From the IMG/VR virus record IMGVR_UViG_3300042569_003487, positions 64,001-128,000 of that record: DNA of 64,000 bases; one strand, 5' to 3'. The notes beneath the pieces were generated by a model. The model had not been told where the DNA came from. It searched no databases and saw only the letters and a list, made by a program, of their open reading frames with translations. The stretch comes from a virus. The position numbers and the translations under genes were made by a program. This document shows, piece after piece, positions 1 to 8,100 of the stretch (position 1 is the first letter of the stretch; each line of letters opens with the position of its first letter).

Positions 1-2
1 CG

Positions 3-239
3 ACCGTATACTCCGGCTAGTGTGGTATGAGTTGTCTCTTCGCCAGTTTCTGCATTAATGTATTGAGACACAAGGTCCTCTTCTACAATCGTAATATCGT
101 ATTTAATAAATGTTTTAGTACCATCAATTGAATAACGAAGAGTTTCAGCTGAGGTTTGGTGAACCTGACCAAAATCAATAGATTCTACATCAGTCGATGG
201 AATAATTAACCATCTGCGGTTTGGAAATTGTGTGCTCAT
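3..239 (-). CDS. Small conserved phage protein, runs off the window edge
   Basis: Not in the ORF track because it is truncated. ATG at 239 reads MSTQFPNRRWLIIPSTDVESIDFGQVHQTSAETLRYSIDGTKTFIKY... with no stop before the edge. AATAAATA box directly upstream. Confidence 0.75.
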   Translation of the reverse strand, partial: MSTQFPNRRWLIIPSTDVESIDFGQVHQTSAETLRYSIDGTKTFIKYDITIVEEDLVSQYINAETGEETTHTTLAGVYG

Positions 240-245
240 ATAAGT

Positions 246-253
246 TATTTATT
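246..253 (-). promoter_or_regulatory. Putative late promoter (AATAAATA)
   Basis: 7/8 match to the T4 late promoter TATAAATA, intergenic, 6 nt upstream of ATG 239. Confidence 0.5.
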
Positions 254-258
254 AATTT

Positions 259-1554
259 TTACAAATTGAATCTGGTTTTATAGTGACGATAATTTTGCTC
301 AATTTCAGAAGCAGTTAGTGCTCGGCTGTATATTTTAGCAATTGGCACTAAGCAAGGTAAGTGGGAATAGACTTGAGTTCCTCCGCCGTCTACCTGAGCT
401 TTATTAATTCCAATATTACCAGCAGTTGGAGTTAATCCTGGATTATACTCTTGAGTGGCAGTACCTGCTGATCCATTTAAGGACCCATTTGCATAAAGTT
501 TTATGGATCCGCTTGATGCGTCATTTACTAATACTAGATGGTGGTACCTGCCTGGAGTTAAGTCAAATGCGCCAGCTGTTCTATACGCGTCAGCTCCTCT
601 AATATATGCATAAATTGTACATGCTGTTCCATCACTATTTCCATACCAATATAAAGCTGTTCCACTATAGTATGTAGCACCTACCAATACTCCAGCTTTA
701 GTGGTGCTACCGTATCCATTAGGCGGAGCTGCTGCTGGGTATGCGTCAATCTTAACTGTACATTCTATAGTAAAATTTGAAAGAGCTGATAAAGTTGTTA
801 ACGGGATCCCAGTATCAAGAGTATCGTCAGTTCCATCAAAAGTCATTTGACCAGTTGAATTAAATGATACAGTGGATAAATTCACTGTCCTATTTCCAGT
901 TAAATCTAATAATCCCTGAGTTACACTTCGAGTTGTACCAAATGGGATAAATTGCCTAGGTCTCAAAACTTCTGGACCCTGAGTAAACATTACACCAGCA
1001 ATATCAATTGTATTATATGTTGCATACTCATACATATAAAAATAAAAATACATTGTAGTTGTTCCAGGCTGAGTTGTTAGATTTCCCCATGCATGATACC
1101 AACCATCTCCGAGGTGAGTGCGATTTCCATCATTGTGTAAACCGCCTTCTGTAATATAACCAGATGCACCATATTCATATCTGTACATAAAATTTGGATG
1201 AGTATAACCAGAAGAGCTTCTATAAATTATTGAATATGCATATTGAGTACTGCCAGAAACGCTGGATCCACCTAAACTCCAAGCCTGCTGACAGCAAACT
1301 CCAGAACCTCCTCCATAATCATTATATGTTTCGATTGTTTCAACTGTTCGTACGCCTAGGGTTGGAACAAAAACATCTCTTGAATAATATTGAGTTTTAA
1401 AAACTGAACTAGATTGATTACCATAAGTTCTACCATAAGAACTTAATAAATTGGTTTTTGGCGCACCCTTAAATGAGTTATCCATATCTCCGGTATCGTA
1501 ACTAAAAATTAGGTTATTAGTGGTTGTTTTTCCAAAGCCTTGTGCAATTGCCAT
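259..1554 (-). CDS. LamG/concanavalin-A-like domain virion protein with inserted carbohydrate-binding-like module
   Basis: N-terminal LIFSYDTGD..NSFKG. C-terminal LamG hallmarks FDGTDD, FTIECTVK, YHHLVLV, KLYANG, KIYSRALTASEIEQNY. Confidence 0.8.
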   Translation of the reverse strand: MAIAQGFGKTTTNNLIFSYDTGDMDNSFKGAPKTNLLSSYGRTYGNQSSSVFKTQYYSRDVFVPTLGVRTVETIETYNDYGGGSGVCCQQAWSLGGSSVSGSTQYAYSIIYRSSSGYTHPNFMYRYEYGASGYITEGGLHNDGNRTHLGDGWYHAWGNLTTQPGTTTMYFYFYMYEYATYNTIDIAGVMFTQGPEVLRPRQFIPFGTTRSVTQGLLDLTGNRTVNLSTVSFNSTGQMTFDGTDDTLDTGIPLTTLSALSNFTIECTVKIDAYPAAAPPNGYGSTTKAGVLVGATYYSGTALYWYGNSDGTACTIYAYIRGADAYRTAGAFDLTPGRYHHLVLVNDASSGSIKLYANGSLNGSAGTATQEYNPGLTPTAGNIGINKAQVDGGGTQVYSHLPCLVPIAKIYSRALTASEIEQNYRHYKTRFNL

Positions 1555-1555
1555 A

Positions 1556-2746
1556 TTACATATTAAATCTTGTTTTATATCCTAAGAAATTATTATAAAT
1601 TTCAGAAGGCAATAGCGGTCTATTATAAACTTTAGTAACTGGTATTTTTCCGTTTACTAATCTAGGATTTGCATTATTACCCTTTCCAACATATCTAATT
1701 TTAAGACCGGCATAATCACGATTCCATACTTGTGAAACATGATCACCGCCTTCCGCGATACCATTTAGATAAAATTGATATTTAGTTCCATCATTTGAGC
1801 AAGTTATTGTAACATGGTACCATCTATTAGGCTGTAGTGTAGTTGAGCCATATCTCCAATAGCCAGGTGAAACATTCCATAGAGCTAGTCTATTGTCCAA
1901 AACTGACCAATACCAACTATTATAGTCAATTCCCTCTGATCCGATAAAGTTTGCCGGAGAAGTTGTATTGTTATAACCACCTGCTACGCTATTATAGTAG
2001 ACAACTGATTCGACTGTCCACCCTCCAGTTGTTTTAAACGTAATATCTGAACCAAGTGAAAGAAAATCATCTGTGCCATCAAATACAATCTCTTGTGAAG
2101 AGTTAATAGTAACATTGGCTAAGTTAATTTGGTTAGCCCCTGTTAAATCCAGTAAGCCCTGGGTACTTGATCTAGAACTAGCGGTAAATCGGGTTGCATG
2201 GTCTTTCTTTTCTAATTGCGGATTGTACATATAAAGTACAAAATCAACATCCTGTGGATCTCCGCCGCCTCTGGCAAACCAATAAAAATAGAATGGAACT
2301 GAACTTGAAGTATTTGTTACACTTGCTTCAAGCTTTTGCCATGTACCAACTCGGCTAAGATCATAGTAAGCATTTTCTCCGCCTGATCCTCCGTGAGTTG
2401 CATTAACATTTGGAGTCCATGCAAATTTACCATTGGGTTCAATATAGAGTTCGCAAGATCTGGTAAAAATATCACCAACTGCACCAACTGCAGAAATTCC
2501 AGAATAGGCTCCAGTCCAGTTAGGATTATTGCCTGGGCTAAAAACATGGCATCGCAAACACGTGCGTCCTTGGAACTCGACGACTGATGTCGTAACCCAA
2601 CTCCAACCATATCCAGAAAAAGTTACTGGATTACTTGTTTCTAAATTGGTAGTAGGTTCGCCGATATACGAATTTATAATATCCCCGGTATCGTATCCAA
2701 AGATAAGACCAGATTCTGATTTATTTGGCCCTGTACTATTTGCCAT
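1556..2746 (-). CDS. LamG/concanavalin-A-like domain virion protein (paralogue of 259..1554)
   Basis: GLIFGYDTGD..NSYIGEPTTNL, FDGTDD, WYHVTIT, FYLNG, KVYNRPLLPSEIYNNF. Same C-terminus KTRFN as the neighbour. Confidence 0.8.
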   Translation of the reverse strand: MANSTGPNKSESGLIFGYDTGDIINSYIGEPTTNLETSNPVTFSGYGWSWVTTSVVEFQGRTCLRCHVFSPGNNPNWTGAYSGISAVGAVGDIFTRSCELYIEPNGKFAWTPNVNATHGGSGGENAYYDLSRVGTWQKLEASVTNTSSSVPFYFYWFARGGGDPQDVDFVLYMYNPQLEKKDHATRFTASSRSSTQGLLDLTGANQINLANVTINSSQEIVFDGTDDFLSLGSDITFKTTGGWTVESVVYYNSVAGGYNNTTSPANFIGSEGIDYNSWYWSVLDNRLALWNVSPGYWRYGSTTLQPNRWYHVTITCSNDGTKYQFYLNGIAEGGDHVSQVWNRDYAGLKIRYVGKGNNANPRLVNGKIPVTKVYNRPLLPSEIYNNFLGYKTRFNM

Positions 2747-2873
2747 TTTCTTCGATCCATTTTTCGCAGTCTTCTTGACTTAGAAAACACGCAAGCGGAG
2801 TTAGGTCAATTGCATCTTTAAATATGCAAAACTGACTTGGTAAATCTTTATACTTAATTTCTTTAATTACCAT
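2736..2873 (-). CDS. Small hypothetical protein (45 aa)
   Basis: ATG 2873 follows the upstream stop in the TAA-T-ATG junction used elsewhere in this operon and fills the gap exactly. MVIKEIKYKDLPSQFCIFKD... Confidence 0.55.
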   Translation of the reverse strand: MVIKEIKYKDLPSQFCIFKDAIDLTPLACFLSQEDCEKWIEENGK

Positions 2874-2874
2874 A

Positions 2875-3570
2875 TTATGATAAGCCATCATTTTGTAAGC
2901 CAGTTCGACTTGAAAGAGCCTGATAATTTTTAAGAATTTCAGAGTTTGAGAGAGGCCGATTATAAATCTTAACATTTTTGATTTTACCATTAAGATTAAA
3001 ATATCCACCTGCATAGGTTTCACGACCGATCATTGTATTACCGGCATCGCTTGTAAGAGGGCGATCATTTTGGCTACCAGTATAATCACCGCCGGTTTGA
3101 ACCCCATTAACAAAGAAATTGTTAACGCCCCTAGACCTTCTCCAAGTTACATAATACCATATACCAGTATTAAAGGTATAGGGCACAGATATGTATGGCC
3201 GCCTCATTTCAATAGAAGCATTATTTTGATTTATCGCAAATGCCCAATGTTCAACATTCCAGTTACCAGACGAAACTAGAGTTCCATGATAATTATCATG
3301 ATTGCCTCTTACTGAAAAAAGAACTTCCATTGTAAGATCATCTAAATCAGTAAAATTTCGTTCAACATTAATATAAGAGCCATAATCTGGCTCAAAATTG
3401 AAAACCTTACCATTCAGATAAGATTCACTCATATTAGAAGATAACGTATAACCATTTAGGGAAAGATCGTAAACGGTTTGGCCAGATCCTGGATAACAGC
3501 TAGGATCCGCTGCTTCGACATAAAGTTGAAGTCCGCTTAATTCAATTCTTGGATTATAGTGTAGTGCCAT
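2875..3570 (-). CDS. LamG/concanavalin-A-like domain protein, short form without insert
   Basis: GLQLYVEAADPSCYPGSGQTVYDLS, WYYVTW, FFVNG, LNGKIKNVKIYNRPLSNSEILKNY. Confidence 0.8.
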   Translation of the reverse strand: MALHYNPRIELSGLQLYVEAADPSCYPGSGQTVYDLSLNGYTLSSNMSESYLNGKVFNFEPDYGSYINVERNFTDLDDLTMEVLFSVRGNHDNYHGTLVSSGNWNVEHWAFAINQNNASIEMRRPYISVPYTFNTGIWYYVTWRRSRGVNNFFVNGVQTGGDYTGSQNDRPLTSDAGNTMIGRETYAGGYFNLNGKIKNVKIYNRPLSNSEILKNYQALSSRTGLQNDGLS

Positions 3571-3824
3571 TATGCTTGAGTTGCTGCTGCATTTTTTGCC
3601 TTATTATGAAATATTTGAGCATAGAACGCAAAATTATGGGTGATAAGACCAAATTCAGGCGAGCCTATATGAATAGCCCCTTCTTCGCGTTCACAAATAA
3701 AGAATATAGTTGAATTTACATCAATAATTCCTACAACTTTCATTCTTGAATTTGCTCCAATATTATAATAAGTGTCTAACTCATAGACAGCTTCTTCGAT
3801 TTGATATGATTGTAAATTTTGCAT
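3570..3824 (-). CDS. Hypothetical protein (84 aa)
   Basis: Coupled on both sides (TAATATG upstream, TAATG downstream). No recognisable motif. Confidence 0.7.
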   Translation of the reverse strand: MQNLQSYQIEEAVYELDTYYNIGANSRMKVVGIIDVNSTIFFICEREEGAIHIGSPEFGLITHNFAFYAQIFHNKAKNAAATQA

Positions 3825-3825
3825 A

Positions 3826-5145
3826 TTATACGATTCCTTCTTTTCTATTATGTGATACTACATCTTCAATTACATAAGTATGTGCTTGATCAACTTCAAT
3901 TTGAATAACCGGTAATTCTCCAAGTTCCTCAATTGATTCAATTTCCGCAATACCATCTATAGTTTGTACTTTTGCACCAACCCATAGTTCTGATAAGGCT
4001 ACAAATCCCATACTTTCAGTTAAAAATTTGTGATTACTTGATACCTTTAAAGTTTTTCCACCAATTACAGTTTGACTTACAATATTGGTTGCAGGGTTTG
4101 CTAGGGTCACCTGGTATGATCCCCATTCACCAGTATGCTCGTGTTTAGTGTAAACATAATCTCCAACTTTAAGATCTCCTGCCATCACCCAAGTGTTAGG
4201 GGCAATTAGGATTGGCATATCTGGGGTTGGACAGACTCCAGATCCACACACCTCGTTAAGGTTACCATATCCACCATATGCGATTTCAAATCCACAGAAA
4301 AGATATTCTCCCCAGCAACAAGCCCAACCTTCAACTCGGTTATTATTACAATCAGTACCTTGCCACCAACCGCTTCCATCTGAATAAAAGCTATAACAGT
4401 CTTCGGCTGGAGGAACATATCCGCATGATGCAGAATTACTCTCAATTAAAGTCGAATAGGTTCCATTACAGCCATCTGAATAAGTATAATAAAGATTGTA
4501 ACCTGAACAATATTGACTTAGGTATGTTCCGTATGATGGAGAACAACAACAGCCTCCGCATGCAGTGGTACAACCTTGGTTTGTATCGTAAGTTCCGCAG
4601 CTACCGTTTGCATATCGATAATAAAGAATACAGCCTGAACAGTATTGACTTAAGTAAGTTCCATAGGCTGGACAGCCGGCTCCAGTAGTTATACTAAGTT
4701 GATTTGAATATCCAGAATAACCATTAGTTGAAGTACAAGTTATACGTACTCTTATTAAATATGTTGTACTTGCAGAAAGTCCGCTAATTGTTTTGGTTCC
4801 TTCGCAGCCTCCAGTATTGTTACTCCAGCTGCTACCTCCATTTGAGCTATATTCAACGTGCATTGCTGTACAATTTGAATAACTTACATTAATTGTAATT
4901 GAACTTGATGTACTTGAATTACTTGAAATACTTGGTGCATTACAACAGGCAAATGTATGGTTATAACCTCGCCACTCAGACATTGCCGCAGAATTGGCTG
5001 AACTAGGTCTACTTGGCGAGCAACTGTTAATTGCAACATATCCGCCATCCTCAGCTGATCCTAAACTAATTGGCGCTGCTGCGTTTCTTCCTAACTCAGA
5101 ATTAATCTGACTCATTCGGATTGCACCGCTGCTCGGTAATGCCAT
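3826..5145 (-). CDS. Cys-rich fibre-associated adhesin-like protein with FN3 domain and C-terminal Hint domain
   Basis: N-terminus MALPSSGAIRMSQINSELG is typical of genes that follow phage fibre genes. FN3 (ISGLSASTTYLIRVR), two YGTYLSQYCSG repeats, Hint C305...SSNH...H432-N433. Confidence 0.8.
   Translation of the reverse strand: MALPSSGAIRMSQINSELGRNAAAPISLGSAEDGGYVAINSCSPSRPSSANSAAMSEWRGYNHTFACCNAPSISSNSSTSSSITINVSYSNCTAMHVEYSSNGGSSWSNNTGGCEGTKTISGLSASTTYLIRVRITCTSTNGYSGYSNQLSITTGAGCPAYGTYLSQYCSGCILYYRYANGSCGTYDTNQGCTTACGGCCCSPSYGTYLSQYCSGYNLYYTYSDGCNGTYSTLIESNSASCGYVPPAEDCYSFYSDGSGWWQGTDCNNNRVEGWACCWGEYLFCGFEIAYGGYGNLNEVCGSGVCPTPDMPILIAPNTWVMAGDLKVGDYVYTKHEHTGEWGSYQVTLANPATNIVSQTVIGGKTLKVSSNHKFLTESMGFVALSELWVGAKVQTIDGIAEIESIEELGELPVIQIEVDQAHTYVIEDVVSHNRKEGIV
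3847..4233 (-). other. Hint (intein-like/BIL-type) autoprocessing domain, about 129 aa, no endonuclease
   Basis: Block A CPTPDMPIL...AGDLKVGDYV, block B KVSSNHKF, block F/G VIQIEVDQAHTYVIEDVVSHN. The +1 residue is Arg. Confidence 0.85.
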
Positions 5146-5146
5146 A

Positions 5147-8100
5147 TTATGCTCCTCTTAATTTTTTAACTTCTGCTTTAAGCTCTTCAATTTGTACTTG
5201 TTGAGCTTTAATAGATTCAATAAGTAGGGAGACTGTGTTTCCGTAAGAAACTGAAAGCTCACCATTTGCATTTTCAGATACGGCTTCAGGCAGGGCTTCT
5301 CGCATTTCCTGTGCAATAACTCCAGTATATCTTTTAGTAGGATCGGCTAAGTCTGTACGTGTAAATGTTACACCTCTAACTTTGCTAAGTCTTTCCAATG
5401 GATTATCAATTACCTCTATATTTGCTTTTACCCTAGCATCCGAATACGCAATAATATCGCCAATACACCAAATTGTATCTGAAATTGCAGTCCAAGTTCT
5501 ACCTACATTTTGTACTAACATACCATGGTTAGTTAAGTTGGCAGCTTCTCCGCCAGCATTTGGGTGGGACCATGCTATACCGTAATGATTGGCACAACTT
5601 GTACCGTCAGCCGCTAGCTTATAGGCATCGCCCATCGCAAATACACCTTGGAATCTCGTTGAAGTATAAACTCCAACTACAGTATTACCATAGTTATCAT
5701 CGATATAAAAGTTACCATTTGCTCGGGTTGCTCGAGCTGCAGTAATTGACCAAGAACCCGATGCAACTCCACGAATAATATCGGCTGCAACCGTTGTTGT
5801 TGCAGATCTATGATAGCTATCACCATTTTTAATTACAAATCGAGTTATTCCACTTTCATCATTATCAGTTGTGTTAATATATTGGAATCTTCCATAACCG
5901 CCGGCTGGATAAATTTCAGCCGTACCTGATGAAGAGTATACGCTATTTCCGCTATGCCATAGAATTGGGTACCATGAGCCTGAACCATTTCCTGAGTTAA
6001 CGGTTACAGTTGATGCAATTGTTGCAGAACTCGCTGAACTTGCAGAACTTGCTGAACCAGCTGAGTCTGCATATGCAACCTGAACTCCACTTGGGTGGTT
6101 TGATGTTAATTGCCAGTAAGATCCTGTCCAGTTAGCTCTAACATAATAGTCAGTAGGGTGAGATTCTGCCCATAATTTAAGAGCACCGTCTGCTCGGCTA
6201 ACCGTTTGCGATCCAATATTACCTGAGTGAATCATTTCGACCCAACTTCTAGGCGTATCCCAAGCACTTCTCCAAAACCATCTGTTATTTGCCTCTTGTG
6301 AACAAACCATTTGCCAACCATGGAATCTAGAACCATCCGAATTGTTATAATGGAATGCTTGCATTCCAACATAATGAGAAGAGGCACCAGGACCATTAGC
6401 GGGTGTTGACCAGGTATCAAAAAACCCAGACCCCCAATAAGAACCTATAGTATTAAGATCATATTGACCCCAACCCATTGCTCCTGTTTGATAAAGAGCT
6501 CCTTGTGCTGCTCTAGTACTCCATGGAGAATTGCTCTGTTTAGAGTTTAAACTATGTCTGTTTAGAGTAGCATCACCAAATCTATAAAGATTAGATGTAC
6601 CATTAGGATCTAAATAATAACCAGTATCATCTGAATCGTAGAATATTGGAGATCGCATTGAACCTGCTGCTTCCATATAAACGTCTGAATAAACTCGACC
6701 GTCTTCGATTAAAAGTCTACGGTTACCGCCTCTCATAATACTTACGTTATGGCCAGTATAACTACCAATATAAACCTGATCTGGCGTATGCACATAAATT
6801 CCAGCTTGAATACCTGGAGTCCTCGCCTCTACTACAAATCGGGTATGCGGTGCATTACTAAACCATACTTGGGTACCCCATCCCCCTGGATCTGACCAGT
6901 TACTTCCAGAATCTCCAACATAAAGATTTCGGATTCGGGATGATCCGGCTGGATCTAGGTAAAATGCACTATTGTCATTATCATAAAATGCTGCAGCATA
7001 CATGCCGGCACCAGTTATCCAGTTTCCACTATCATCACACCAACTACCCCAACTACCACTTTGATTTAAGAATCCAATTCGGTTAGAGTTACAATGAATT
7101 TCGCGAGTTCCTTCATCTGAATCGTGCATAAAGATTGATGAAGCACCTACTCCCTGCCCAACCGTAAGATTTCCATAAAGAGTAGTACTTCTGGCACTGT
7201 CTGTTAACAGCGACCAGTTTCCAGCATTATTCAAGAATCCAATATTATTAGAAGTATCAGCATAAACATATCCGCGAATAGTGCTTTGGTGATTACTTCT
7301 AAACACAAGTTCAACTACTCCGCCACTACCGGTAACTGTCCATCCAGATCCATTGCTTGAATAGAAATGAGTTCCGGTTGCCTGGTTGTATACACCTTCA
7401 TTTGTATTATAATTTCTAAACCATCCATAATTGTATACATTGGTAAAGGTAACTGCGTCTGATGTTCTAACATATTGATTCATATTGGAAGGATACGGAT
7501 CGGCTGATGTATTTAACGCTCTAAACCAGCCAGACCAGTCGTCAGCGCCTCTCCTAAAATATAAGTTGTCATAGGCGTATGGAATATAAATTTGAGCGCC
7601 TCTAGTTCTATTACCAATACCCCAAAGACTTGCATTATATGCAGCATCAGGGCCACCGTAACCGTTTATTGGGCCATATCCATCTAAGTTAACGGTGTAT
7701 TGTCCATCTAGGTCATTTAAGTTACCAACATTAACTTGATAACCAAGATTTCTTGTATATCGGCCATCTGCTGTTGCTTGTGACATACCTCCGCTTGGAA
7801 TAGTTACAGAGTTACCGCCGCTAATCGTAAGCGTAGATCCGTTGATACTTAAGGTTTGTCCATCGCTATTAGTATCTGTATCAATATCATTAAATGCTGC
7901 AGTTAAAGTTGAGCCATCACCTAAAGTTAAGGTTAAAGTTTTGGTTGAACTTCCACTAAATGCAACTCCAGTTGGGCGTTTATTATATGCAGTATTCCAG
8001 TTTGAAGCTGAGCTAATATATGAATCGCTAATTGCAGTACCATTCCAAACTGCGTTAGATAAAGTAGCGCCGCCCCAGCTCATATTTCCAATAATAGAAA

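Noticed and set aside
3847-4233. Classical mobile intein
   Set aside because: No homing endonuclease, the +1 residue is Arg, and only 6 residues follow, so canonical splicing is not expected. Kept as a Hint processing domain.
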